Position numbers and translations under genes: made by a program. This document shows, in pieces, positions 1 to 10,730 of a stretch of DNA of 64,000 nucleotides; position 1 is the first letter of the stretch, and each line of letters begins with the position of its first letter. The notes beneath the pieces are model-generated. The model saw nothing but the letters and a program-made list of their open reading frames with translations. It made no database searches and was not told where the DNA came from. The DNA lies in the NCBI GenBank assembly GCA_963710755.1, contig CAVQBK010000003.1, positions 160,001 to 224,000 of the forward strand, in the 5' to 3' direction. Source of the DNA: an uncultured bacterium. Lineage in GTDB: Bacteria > Oederibacteriota > JAAXVQ01 > JAUVAV01.

Positions 1-276
1 GCGTTTTTCCAAAAGACTCAACTGGTGGCGCAGGTGTTTGATTTTTTTTTGCAGCGTCTCATCTTCCAAAATCATGCGCGCTATTTCTTCCGCCACCCGC
101 AAGCCTTCCCGGGCACGATTCAAGTTGGCATCCAAAATCCGGCCGATTTGTTGCTGGCCGATAGTGACACGCGCTTGGGTCCCCGGACGTTCCCGGCCCG
201 GTTGCGGCCGGCCGGCCGGCTTGGACCTCTGCCCGAAGGCCTTATTTCTTGAGGTGGATTTCCGTGGTCCCATCAT
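1..276 (-). CDS. Thiamine-phosphate synthase-associated ThiD2-domain protein, N-terminal part (runs off the left edge; not in the ORF track)
   Basis: Manual translation from ATG 276/273 gives ...RILDANLNRAREGLRVAEEIARMILEDETLQKKIKHLRHQL, open to base 1. This matches the ThiD2 / cyanobacterial-type ThiE N-terminal motif. RBS-like GAGGAAG upstream. Confidence 0.8.
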   Translation of the reverse strand, partial: MMGPRKSTSRNKAFGQRSKPAGRPQPGRERPGTQARVTIGQQQIGRILDANLNRAREGLRVAEEIARMILEDETLQKKIKHLRHQLSLLEKR

Positions 277-877
277 ATTCTTCCTCGGAACGGTTCAAAA
301 CCGTGGTTTTGATGCCCGATGATCCGGAAGGCCGCTCGCGGCCAACGACCTTGGTAACAATGACCGTAGGATTGATTTCCTGTTCGATGTTCAAAGTCTT
401 CTTCACGTAATCACGTACGGCAGCCTGCACGTTTTGCGCCACCTCGGCAATATTAAAATCGGAATAAGTGGTGATGCGGGCGCTGACTTTTAACCCGCGC
501 CGGCTGAATACCACCTTGCCTTTGATATCACGCAGTCCGTCGATCTTGCCTTTTAAAATTCTGGAAAAATCTTCAATAGCCGGCAGGGAGACCAGCACTT
601 CGCCACTGGGATTTTCCAAGACTACCGTGCGTTGACGCCGGGCGGCTTGAAGATTGCCCAAAATAAGATAGACCAGCAGAAGCAAAATGAGAAGCCCCAG
701 TAGCAAGGTCAGCGCCCGGCCGGTCAGGCCTTCGACAATGTAACCCAGCGGCCCGGCGATGAAATCACCGATGGCCAGTAGCGCCCCCGGATAAATAGCG
801 CTGATCACCGCCAATACGCTCAGACCAATCAGGCCCACAATACCAACCATCATCATTGTCACATTTAATGTTCGCAT
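242..877 (-). CDS. amaP: Alkaline shock response membrane anchor protein AmaP-like
   Basis: Two N-terminal hydrophobic helices, then GEVLVSLPAIEDF...VQAAVRDYVKKTLNI. Directly downstream of an Asp23 gene. Start placed at ATG 877 (MRTLNV). Confidence 0.75.
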   Translation of the reverse strand: MRTLNVTMMMVGIVGLIGLSVLAVISAIYPGALLAIGDFIAGPLGYIVEGLTGRALTLLLGLLILLLLVYLILGNLQAARRQRTVVLENPSGEVLVSLPAIEDFSRILKGKIDGLRDIKGKVVFSRRGLKVSARITTYSDFNIAEVAQNVQAAVRDYVKKTLNIEQEINPTVIVTKVVGRERPSGSSGIKTTVLNRSEEEYDGTTEIHLKK

Positions 878-921
878 GCCTTTTCCTCCTCTGTCCTCTC
901 GTGGGGCGGCTTGGCCCTGGT

Positions 922-1284
922 TTATTTCTTCTCCTTGCGCACCACACTCTGTACGGAAACATTGACATTGAGCACATTCAAGCCGGTCATATCCTCCACG
1001 GCTTCGCGCACATTGTCCTGGACTTTTTGACAAATGGTAGGAATGTCCACTCCGAACTCCACAATCAGATGAATATCAATAATGACTTCTTCATGCTGAA
1101 CTTCCACTTTGACGCCACGGCCCTGAGAGGCTTTGACGCCCAGCATTTCCGCAATACCGTCCACCGTACCCTGGGCCATGGCCGCCACCCCGTCAATTTC
1201 CAGGGCGGCCAATCCGGCGATCACGGCTATCGCGCCGTCCGATATTTTGATCGTGCCCAATGCATTTTGTGTTTTTTCTTCCAT
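922..1284 (-). CDS. Asp23/Gls24 family envelope stress response protein
   Basis: LGTIKISDGAIAVIAGLAALEIDGVA...VQDNVREAVEDMTGLNVLNVNVSV; canonical accB-accC-asp23-amaP synteny. Confidence 0.93.
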   Translation of the reverse strand: MEEKTQNALGTIKISDGAIAVIAGLAALEIDGVAAMAQGTVDGIAEMLGVKASQGRGVKVEVQHEEVIIDIHLIVEFGVDIPTICQKVQDNVREAVEDMTGLNVLNVNVSVQSVVRKEKK

Positions 1285-1396
1285 GACCTTTTCCTCCCGG
1301 CTGGATTCTTACAATCCTCAACAACCCCCTGCCCGCACAACACCGCGGCACCCGGGATGCCCGGGCCAGTTGGTGCCTGTTTTGGGCAAGACGTTA

Positions 1397-2743
<1,347 letters not shown>

Positions 2744-2746
2744 CCC

Positions 2747-3271
2747 CTAGTTACGCTCCACTAAGAATAATGGCTGGCCAAATTCCACGGCCTGGGCATT
2801 TTCCACGAGTATTTTCTTGATGGTGCCTTTAACTTCCGCCTTGATTTCATTCATCAGTTTCATGGCTTCCACAATACATATTACACTGTTCTCGTCCACT
2901 GTTTTACCCACTTCCGTAAAGGGCGCGGATTCCGGAGAAGGGGCGCGATAAAAAGTGCCTACCATCGGTGATTTGATGGTGTGGTAACCGGCATCCTCAT
3001 CTGCAGCCGGAGCCGGACTGGCCGGAGCTTGTGCAGGAATGGCCGGCGCCGAAGGGGGCATCATGGCCGGCGCCATCATCGCCGGCATGGCGGTTGTCGC
3101 CACTTGGGTCATGATATCGCCGCCTTTTTTAAGGTGGATTTTAAACCCTTCCTGCTCAATATTGAGTTCGGTCAACTTGGCGCGATTCATAATGGTCACA
3201 ATTTTTTTCAACGAGCGGATGTTAATGCTGCCTGAATCTTTTTCTTTTTTGGTCGTCCGTTCCGGTTGCAC
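2747..3271 (-). CDS. accB: Biotin carboxyl carrier protein
   Basis: SPMVGTFYRAPSP, the biotinylation motif EAMKLMNEI and an Ala/Pro linker. Exact start uncertain. Confidence 0.97.
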   Translation of the reverse strand: MQPERTTKKEKDSGSINIRSLKKIVTIMNRAKLTELNIEQEGFKIHLKKGGDIMTQVATTAMPAMMAPAMMPPSAPAIPAQAPASPAPAADEDAGYHTIKSPMVGTFYRAPSPESAPFTEVGKTVDENSVICIVEAMKLMNEIKAEVKGTIKKILVENAQAVEFGQPLFLVERN

Positions 3272-3342
3272 GCTAAAACCACCTTTCCTTATGTTAGATT
3301 GATCCCCTGGCCGTGAGGCCCAGGGTTGAGTTGCACGTTGGT

Positions 3343-3912
3343 TTAACTGTTGACCCGTTCCAAATATTCGCCTGTTCTGGTATCAATTTTGATAGTATCG
3401 CCTTCATTGATAAACAGTGGTACCTGCACTTTGGCGCCCGTGGAAACCACGGCTTCTTTGGTTACATTGGAGACAGTGTTGCCTTTGACGCCCGGTTCAC
3501 AGGAGATGATTTTCATTTCCACTTTAAAGGGAATTTGGATATTCAAGGCTTCGCCCTTGAACATCATCATATCCACGATCATTTCTTCGATCAGCCATTT
3601 GGTATTATCGCCCAAAGCGTCGCTGGTAAGCGTAATTTGGTCATAGGTGTCCTGGTCCATGAAGACGTAGTCATCCGCTTGCCGGTAAAGGAACTGCATC
3701 TTTTTTTCTTCGATTTCCGGAGAATTCATTTTTTCACCAGAATTGACGGTACGGTCCACCACCGTCCCCAACCGGAGATTTTTAAGTTTGAGGCGGATAA
3801 AAGCCCCGCCTTTCCCAGGTTTAACGTGATTATATTCAGTGACCACAAACAAATTGTTGTCCATTTCCACGTACGTACCCGGCTTGGCATCATTTGAGAT
3901 GACAACACCCAT
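3343..3912 (-). CDS. efp: Elongation factor P
   Basis: HVKPGKGGAF, VQVPLFINEGDTIKIDTRTGEYLER. Confidence 0.98.
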   Translation of the reverse strand: MGVVISNDAKPGTYVEMDNNLFVVTEYNHVKPGKGGAFIRLKLKNLRLGTVVDRTVNSGEKMNSPEIEEKKMQFLYRQADDYVFMDQDTYDQITLTSDALGDNTKWLIEEMIVDMMMFKGEALNIQIPFKVEMKIISCEPGVKGNTVSNVTKEAVVSTGAKVQVPLFINEGDTIKIDTRTGEYLERVNS

Positions 3913-4002
3913 TACTGCTTCCTCCCTTAATATATAATTGGCGCTCTTTGATTTGGCAGGTTAAATTCCCTGCGGCAACCCCTGGGGAATTATGGAAACC
4001 TA

Positions 4003-5085
4003 TTAAGACGGCTGGCTGACAACAGGCAACTCATGCGGCGACCGCGACAACCATTGGGCTGCGCGCACCGTGATGAGAAGATCGTCTTCTATTCTGATCC
4101 CGCCCCAGCCAGGAAGATAAAGTCCTGGTTCGCAGGTCACCACCATGCCTGGCCTTAACTGCTCTTTGGCGGTCATGGACAACCGCGGAGCTTCATGAAT
4201 CTCCAACCCCAACCCATGACCCAAACTATGCACAAAATATTGTTCTAATTGGGCGTCTTTAAATACATCCCGGGCGCACTTGTCCGAATCCGCCACAAAT
4301 TGTCCGGAAAAAAGCAACTTTTGGGCGGAAAGCTGTGCTTTTTTTACGATTTTATAAATTTCCTGTTGTTTGGCGGTCATTCTAGCAATGGCAATGGTTC
4401 TTGTCAAGTCGGAATGGTAGCCTTGATAGAGACACCCAAAATCAAGCACCACCAAATCGCCGGTTTTAAGCCGTTTATTCGTAGGCTGGGCATGAGGCAT
4501 GGCGGAATGCATACCAGAGGCCACAATGGTGGGAAAGGCAATGCCCTGGCCGCCGGCTTGGGCCATGGCCGTTTCCAGCTTATGGGCCACCTCCAGTTCC
4601 GTCATGCCGGTCTTGAGTTGGGGCAGCACCTGGTGGTAAGCTTTTTGGGCAATAAAAACGGCTTTTTTAATGGCCTTGATCTCCTGCCCGTTTTTCACTT
4701 GCCGGCTGACTTCCACCAGGCCGTGGCTGGCAATGGCCTTAAGTCCTGGCACACCCTTTATAAGTTTACCCCAAAGGCTTAGGCTGACCTCGTCATCTTC
4801 CACCATCAGCTCTTTGACGGCTTTTTCCTTCAGCCAGTCGGCCATGGTTTGATGCATTGGTTCCTGCTTGGCCACGACTTTAAGGCCCGGGCATTCCTGC
4901 CTGGCCTGTTCGGTGTAGCGGCCGTCGGTAAGTAGCAAGGCTTGACCGCGCGCCGGCACCAGCAACCAGCCATTGCTGCCTGTAAACCCGCTGAGATAAC
5001 GGCGGTTGGCGCTCTGCAGGCACCAGTAGGCCTGGCTATTTCTTTTCCGGATGGATTTTTGGAGAGTTTTAATGCGTTCCAACAT
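4003..5085 (-). CDS. Xaa-Pro aminopeptidase (M24 family)
   Basis: RYLSGFTGSNG, LDFGCLYQGYHSDLTRT, HSLGHGLGLEIHEAP, EPGLY...GGIRIEDD; typical position upstream of efp. Confidence 0.95.
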   Translation of the reverse strand: MLERIKTLQKSIRKRNSQAYWCLQSANRRYLSGFTGSNGWLLVPARGQALLLTDGRYTEQARQECPGLKVVAKQEPMHQTMADWLKEKAVKELMVEDDEVSLSLWGKLIKGVPGLKAIASHGLVEVSRQVKNGQEIKAIKKAVFIAQKAYHQVLPQLKTGMTELEVAHKLETAMAQAGGQGIAFPTIVASGMHSAMPHAQPTNKRLKTGDLVVLDFGCLYQGYHSDLTRTIAIARMTAKQQEIYKIVKKAQLSAQKLLFSGQFVADSDKCARDVFKDAQLEQYFVHSLGHGLGLEIHEAPRLSMTAKEQLRPGMVVTCEPGLYLPGWGGIRIEDDLLITVRAAQWLSRSPHELPVVSQPS

Positions 5086-5196
5086 GATTGGCCTCAATTT
5101 GTAGTCCGTCAGATTCTGTGCTTCTACGCTATACGCATTTAGCGTAGATAATTAGGAACATTTTTACTGAGCAGCTTCCTGGTGTTGTAGCATCCG

Positions 5197-6339
5197 TTAA
5201 AAAGGTCTTGCATAAATTTCCATCACCTTTTCCAGCATGGCTTCCAGACCAAAGCGCTGAGCTTGTTTCATGCCCGCCCTGCCCAGGCGGATGCGCAGGG
5301 ATTGATCCTTTAAGATTAAAACGACTTTTTCGGCCATGGCCCGGGGATTTTGAATGGGCACCAGAAAGCCGGTTTCTCCATCCGTAATGGCGTCGCGGGC
5401 CCCTTCCACATCAGTGGCCACAATAGGCAAACCGGTCTTCATGGCCTGGCCAAAGACGCAGGGCAAGCCTTCCCATAAGGAGGTGAGCACCACCAGATTT
5501 AGCCCGCGCATAAGCTCAGGCACGTCCTGGCGCCAGCCGGTCAGCAGCACCACCTGCTCCAGGCTCAAGCGAGCGATGGCCGCTTCCACTTTCGGCCGAA
5601 GCGGACCGTCACCGACCAGTAAAAAGCGTACTTCCGGCAGCTGCTCATGCACCAAGGCGGCCATGCGCACAAAATCAACCGGTGCTTTTTGGGGTTTCAT
5701 GTTGGCGATCATACCCACGACCGGCGGGTAGCCGGAAATATGCAATTGTTCCCGCAGGGCCATATGATCATCCACGATGCCCGGACCAAACGTTTTGAGA
5801 TCGGAACCGGGCCAGATGACCTGATACTGCAGCGGCCTGCCGATTTTATAGCGCAGGCCCTTGGATTTGGTGGCCTGCGAAACAGCGATCAACCGGTGCG
5901 TCACTTTTGCACTCAGACGCTCCAACCAAATATACCCCTGCCGCAACCACAAGGGCTGCTGTTCATGAAAGGGCCAGCCATGGATGGTATGAATGATTTT
6001 GGGCACCCCGGCCAGCCGGGCGGCCCAGCGGCCCAGCATGCCGGCCTTGGAGCTGTGCGTATGCACGATGGTAATGTGATGGCGTCGCATAAACTGCATC
6101 AGCTTGATCAGCGTCACCACATCCGCCCAGGGCCGGATGGGATGCTTAAGCCCGCGCCACAGGTGCACTTCCACGTTTTCCAATTGCCGGGCTTCCTGAT
6201 CCAGAAGCCCGCCCTGGCCGCTGATTAAAAAACAGCGGTATTGGTCCTTGGGCAGCAAACGCAGGGTGTTAAGCGCCACTTGCTGCGCACCGCCCAATTC
6301 CAGCTTGGTAATGATGGTTAATAGATGCTGTTTTGACAT
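5197..6339 (-). CDS. Glycosyltransferase family 4 protein
   Basis: GGAQ, VHTHSSKAG, LTSLWEGLP...ATDVEG GT-B motifs. Confidence 0.93.
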   Translation of the reverse strand: MSKQHLLTIITKLELGGAQQVALNTLRLLPKDQYRCFLISGQGGLLDQEARQLENVEVHLWRGLKHPIRPWADVVTLIKLMQFMRRHHITIVHTHSSKAGMLGRWAARLAGVPKIIHTIHGWPFHEQQPLWLRQGYIWLERLSAKVTHRLIAVSQATKSKGLRYKIGRPLQYQVIWPGSDLKTFGPGIVDDHMALREQLHISGYPPVVGMIANMKPQKAPVDFVRMAALVHEQLPEVRFLLVGDGPLRPKVEAAIARLSLEQVVLLTGWRQDVPELMRGLNLVVLTSLWEGLPCVFGQAMKTGLPIVATDVEGARDAITDGETGFLVPIQNPRAMAEKVVLILKDQSLRIRLGRAGMKQAQRFGLEAMLEKVMEIYARPF

Positions 6340-6453
6340 AAACACTCGTTACGGTTTTATAGATAAAACAAAGGTCATTGTACCAGATAACGTTTGGAAT
6401 TTAGCATCAAAATGAAGGACCCGGTCAGGGGAGGCGCTAAGCGCGACGCGCAG

Positions 6454-6990
6454 CTATTCCCAGCTGATTAAAAATTTCCAGGCATTGGGATTGCGTTCAT
6501 CGAGCTGAACTTTAACATTTACAGCATCGGTGAGTTCAATAATACCTCGAATGGATCCGGCAATATTGATACGCAGCGCTTGGGGAATTTCCGGAAAATT
6601 GTTAATCACCAGCGTGATGGAGTTTTCGGTGGCGTCGATCGTTTCGGCCTCGCCTTTTTGATAATAGGTGCGCCAAATAAAAGCCGACCGTTTGGCCAAG
6701 AAAGCTACCTTAGGAATTCGAATAAAAGCTTTGTACACGAAATTCAGGGTTTGTGGCGTGAGTTTGCGCCCCAATTCATGCAGGGCATTGGACTCGCCGG
6801 GAAAGACCAAAGGCGCGGCTGCGCAGACGATCTTGGTGTAGCTGTCCAGGGGCAACCAAGTGGTGGCCACCGCGTTAATAAATTGGTGCCTGGTATCAGG
6901 ATCAAGAAGACTTAAAAATTGTTCTTCCAACTTTCGTTTGTTGAGAACTTTCTTTAATTCCATTAAGTCGATGGCTTTAACCTTGCCCAT
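6454..6990 (-). CDS. Hypothetical protein, resembles the DUF2378/TIGR02265-like family
   Basis: ATTWLP...LHELGRK...VYKAFIRI...AFIWRTYYQKG...KFLISWE pattern; ATG 6990 with a GGAGA RBS. Family call is tentative. Confidence 0.55.
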   Translation of the reverse strand: MGKVKAIDLMELKKVLNKRKLEEQFLSLLDPDTRHQFINAVATTWLPLDSYTKIVCAAAPLVFPGESNALHELGRKLTPQTLNFVYKAFIRIPKVAFLAKRSAFIWRTYYQKGEAETIDATENSITLVINNFPEIPQALRINIAGSIRGIIELTDAVNVKVQLDERNPNAWKFLISWE

Positions 6991-7238
6991 ACCCGTCTCC
7001 TTGGTTGCTGGACTGAACCCCATGGTCAAAGTATCGAACCCAAGGATCATTTTATAAAATGCTTAATATATTTTGGCGGAGCAAGAGTGCCTCTGCCCGC
7101 TTGCAAGTCTGTGCGCATGTCTTTTTTATTTCATGACCAGTTTTACGACTATCCTTCAATGATAGACATTTTACGGCGAAATAAAATTTTCATAACAGGC
7201 TTGAGTTTTAACCGACGGGGTCGATAATAATAGGTGTA

Positions 7239-7389
7239 GGGTAGAGGGTCATCAGGGCACAACCTCCCTCAAGAGGCTGCTGATCGAAAGATGATCTCAA
7301 CGATGGCCCGTCTATCCATAGAAATGACGCCCACCTTCCTGATGGTGATCAGGCCAAGCAAGGAATTAGAGGGCGTCATTTCTTTTTTT
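7239..7389 (+). ncRNA. Candidate structured ncRNA (two multi-stem hairpins ending in a U-tract)
   Basis: 7239-7253 pairs with 7302-7317, using G-U pairs that work only on +. 7320-7332 pairs perfectly with 7371-7383 and is followed by a T-run. A TTGAGT...GATAAT promoter-like sequence lies at 7201-7228. Confidence 0.45.
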
Positions 7390-7400
7390 ATCATCTTTTC

Positions 7401-8051
7401 CTAAAACATCACCTCATAAGCCAATCCCAGCGAAAAATTCACCAATGCTTGATAAGGCCCGGTTTGCCAGTTGGCATAGGTTGCCCCCAGGCTCAGACCC
7501 AGGTAGTTGTTGTCATTGAGCTGATAGGTTCCGCTCAGGTTGACCTCTGCTGCTGCACTCCAGATCTGATCACGGTTGCTGCCCTTGACAATGATATTTG
7601 GTGAATCAATGCGGCGGTGATCTTCCTGTACCAGGCTGTAGACCAACCCCACGCCCTGGTGCAGACCCAGACGCAGCGCACCCAGGTTCATGCTATAACC
7701 GGCTTTGGCCATAAGCGCACTGCCCAAGGTAAAGGTACTCACCTCCCACCGTTCCGTTTCCGAGGAAAGAGGATTGACAATATCAAAGGGCGTATACCCG
7801 GCAAGTACGAAAAACTGTGTGGCGACCCCGTAGTCTAAGCCGGGCATGGTGCGCACTTGCGTGGCCGGATAGATTTCCATCAATAAGCCGGTGGACGGTA
7901 CGCTAGGTTTCTGGCCATAGAGACTGTACGTGCCGTTGCCCAGCAGAAATTTCCAGTTTAGGTGCAGGTCCCTGGTTTGAACCTCTCCGGCGCTTAGCAT
8001 GGGTGTCAGCGCCAAGGTCAATGCCAGCCATAAAATAGTTTTTTTTCTCAC
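7401..8051 (-). CDS. Putative outer-membrane beta-barrel protein
   Basis: Signal peptide, alternating amphipathic strands, C-terminal ...LGLAYEVMF. Confidence 0.65.
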   Translation of the reverse strand: MRKKTILWLALTLALTPMLSAGEVQTRDLHLNWKFLLGNGTYSLYGQKPSVPSTGLLMEIYPATQVRTMPGLDYGVATQFFVLAGYTPFDIVNPLSSETERWEVSTFTLGSALMAKAGYSMNLGALRLGLHQGVGLVYSLVQEDHRRIDSPNIIVKGSNRDQIWSAAAEVNLSGTYQLNDNNYLGLSLGATYANWQTGPYQALVNFSLGLAYEVMF

Positions 8052-8286
8052 GTAGGTTCCCCTTTCTATAAGGCGCTTCTCAACCTTCCGCCTTCTCGTG
8101 ATTAAAAACGTTTTTTACAGGACGTTTGGAAAGACAGAAAGAAACCATATTCATCGTCACTAAACCTAGAATGCTTTTTGTCAGGGCCAACGATAGTCAA
8201 CACCGGATAATAATTTTTCCCGTCTTTAAAAGTTGCCGAATTTCTTCCCGCGGCTTGGGCCCTGTGGGGTTCCTGCCTCTCTGTGG

Positions 8287-9603
8287 TTAACGTCCTTTGT
8301 TACTTTGACTTTTTATCTTTTCGGCAGCCGCCCGGCCTGCCAACAGCGCATCTTCCATGGCTGAATATTCCCACTGCCCCCAGCGGCCGATGCTCAGCAC
8401 CTGATGGCGCGCCAGATAGTCAAGAACCGTTTTTCTGGCCTGATGATAGTGGCGGTCAAAGATCACGTAAGCATAGGGCAGGTATTGATAATGCTCCGCC
8501 TCAATGTCGTCATTCTCCTTGAGCAAGCCGGCCAGCATCAGATCTTGTTTGATGGTTTTGCCCCAATGAAAACGCTGGTCCCAACCCGTTCCTGCCGGCA
8601 AGGCCACTTCCACGTACAGGGCACTGCGTCCGGGTGGTGCTACATGACCAAAATTACCGGGAAAACCGACACGGTAAAACCTGTACTTCTTTTCCGGAAA
8701 ATAAAGCCAATGGGCATCATGCACCCGTGGCCGCTTAATACCCAGATTAAGGACCAACACAGAGTTCCAGTTGAGTTTTTGCGCGGCTGTTTTAATCCTG
8801 GCCGGTGCCGCCTGCAGACGCGCCACCAAGGCCGGCAAGGGCATGGTGGAGACCAAGGTTTGCCAGGACCGCTGCTCACCGCCTTTAATCGTTATGGTTT
8901 TGCGTTTCACATCAACCTGTTCTACGGGACTGGACAGCTGCAGATGATTGAGGTTTTTGGCCAGGGCCTGAGCCAGCTGTTCGATGCCGCCTTGGTGGGG
9001 ATAATAAAAGCTGGCATTGTAGCCCCCGCCGGCCTTGATTTCCTGAAAGGCACCCAAGAGCACCCGTTCCAGCTCCGGCCGGGGCATGAAGCGTCCCATC
9101 CACTCCAAGGTCAGACGGGAGGCAGGCACGGTCCATAATTTTTCATTGTAAGGAATGACAAACAAATCGGTAATGGAATCGCCGAAGGTCTGGCGGCTCC
9201 AGGCTTCAAAATGGGCGGGCTTGCTTTTTTTATCAGTGGTGGCGGCTTTTAGATAGTCCATCAATGCCTGCCCTTTGAGCGTTGGCGGCAAGGGGAATAA
9301 GTTGGCTTGAAAGGGATAGGCCCCTTCTTTGTTCAGGAGATGTATCCTGGCATCGCGTGCAACCAGCTGCCACGCCCCCGGACACAAGCGCTGCACCAGA
9401 CGGGTCATGGAGCTGGTGTTCAAATGCAGCAAGTGGCCGGCTTTGTCAAAGTGATAGCCCAGGACATGATCAGTGCTGCACTCACCGCCAACCTGCGCTT
9501 GGGCTTCCAATAGCTGGTAGCCGCTTTTTAGGTGGTAAGCGGTACTCAGGCCCGCCAAGCCGGCGCCAATAATGATAGTGGAAGCATGTGTTGGGCTGCT
9601 CAT
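8287..9603 (-). CDS. FAD-dependent oxidoreductase (protoporphyrinogen oxidase / UDP-Galp mutase-like)
   Basis: IIGAGLAGLSTAYHL, FDKAGHLLH, PYNEKLW, GRWGQWEYSAMEDA; sits in a glycosylation cluster. Confidence 0.88.
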   Translation of the reverse strand: MSSPTHASTIIIGAGLAGLSTAYHLKSGYQLLEAQAQVGGECSTDHVLGYHFDKAGHLLHLNTSSMTRLVQRLCPGAWQLVARDARIHLLNKEGAYPFQANLFPLPPTLKGQALMDYLKAATTDKKSKPAHFEAWSRQTFGDSITDLFVIPYNEKLWTVPASRLTLEWMGRFMPRPELERVLLGAFQEIKAGGGYNASFYYPHQGGIEQLAQALAKNLNHLQLSSPVEQVDVKRKTITIKGGEQRSWQTLVSTMPLPALVARLQAAPARIKTAAQKLNWNSVLVLNLGIKRPRVHDAHWLYFPEKKYRFYRVGFPGNFGHVAPPGRSALYVEVALPAGTGWDQRFHWGKTIKQDLMLAGLLKENDDIEAEHYQYLPYAYVIFDRHYHQARKTVLDYLARHQVLSIGRWGQWEYSAMEDALLAGRAAAEKIKSQSNKGR

Positions 9604-9606
9604 GAG

Positions 9607-10608
9607 TTACTCCATGCGAAAACTGCCCATGCGCTCAGCCACAAACAAGGCTACCAGCGCACAAGCCAGATAAATCAGCAGGGCCCATTGCACGGCCACA
9701 TGAATGCTGAGCAAGGCCAGCAGCCCCAGGCTCGCTCCCACCGCCCATAGGATCAATACCGTCTGGCGTTTGCTCAAGCCCAGCCTCACCATGCGCAAAG
9801 CCAGATGATCTGGACTGCCGCGAAACATGGATTTGCCCTGACGGTGGCGCAAGAACATGATAAAGAGCGTATCGAAAATCGGTACGGCCAGAATTAAAAA
9901 AGGACTGAGCACCGCGACAGGATTGGTTTTGGAATAATCTTCGCCCATGGCAATGGACGCCAGCACAAACCCCATCATGAGCGCGCCCGTGTCACCCAGA
10001 TAAATTTTGGCCTTGGGAAAGTTGTAGGGCAAAAATCCCAATACCGCGCCGCCCAGAGCGGCCATGATATACATATCGTTGATCCGCCCGTTTTGCACGG
10101 CAATGATAAAAAACAAGCTGCCGGCAATGATGGTAACGCCCGAGGACAAGCCGTCCATGATATCAATCAGATTCATGGCATTGGTTACGAATACCACCCA
10201 TAAGATGGTGAAGATCACCGCCAGCTCGGGCTGATGGATAAATTCCAATTTCATATTGCAGATGATCAGCACAATGGCCGCTACGATCTGACCGGCAAAT
10301 TTTACCATGGGCGTTAACTGGACCTTATCATCGATGAGGCCAAGAAACACGATCAGGCTCGTGCCCAGGCTCACGCCCACCACGCCGCTGACGGAGCTCT
10401 GATTCCAGAATTTAAACACCACCAACGCCAGCATAAAGGCCAGATAAACAGCCAAGCCGCCCAGATAGGGGGTAGGTTGGCTGTGCCGTTTTAGGTGGTC
10501 GTCAGGATGATCGACAATGCCCAAGCGCCGGGCCAGGCTTGCCGCCAGAGGAGTAAATAAAAGGCTGAGGCCAAAGGCCACCAGGGCAATCCAGAGGCTA
10601 ACCATCAT
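9607..10608 (-). CDS. MraY/WecA-family undecaprenyl-phosphate GlcNAc-1-phosphate transferase
   Basis: PTPYLGGLA, GLIDD, NAMNLIDIMDGL, YNFPKAKIYLGDTG; multiple TM helices. Confidence 0.93.
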   Translation of the reverse strand: MMVSLWIALVAFGLSLLFTPLAASLARRLGIVDHPDDHLKRHSQPTPYLGGLAVYLAFMLALVVFKFWNQSSVSGVVGVSLGTSLIVFLGLIDDKVQLTPMVKFAGQIVAAIVLIICNMKLEFIHQPELAVIFTILWVVFVTNAMNLIDIMDGLSSGVTIIAGSLFFIIAVQNGRINDMYIMAALGGAVLGFLPYNFPKAKIYLGDTGALMMGFVLASIAMGEDYSKTNPVAVLSPFLILAVPIFDTLFIMFLRHRQGKSMFRGSPDHLALRMVRLGLSKRQTVLILWAVGASLGLLALLSIHVAVQWALLIYLACALVALFVAERMGSFRME

Positions 10609-10730
10609 GGTGTGCTCCTGTGTTGTTCTCCGCGCTGGTTGCCGAGCTTACCCAAGATACGCTGTCCCCTAGGCAGCTTCGGGCGGGCTTTGCACTTGAT
10701 CCGACTGGCTCAGCCAACAGCTCCACGAGC

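Noticed and set aside
7239-7320. tRNA, hammerhead ribozyme or c-di-GMP riboswitch
   Set aside because: No T-loop or cloverleaf. CTGATGA on the minus strand lacks the downstream GAAA core. The GGCACAACC resemblance lacks the rest of the c-di-GMP-I consensus. Kept only as an unknown structured RNA.
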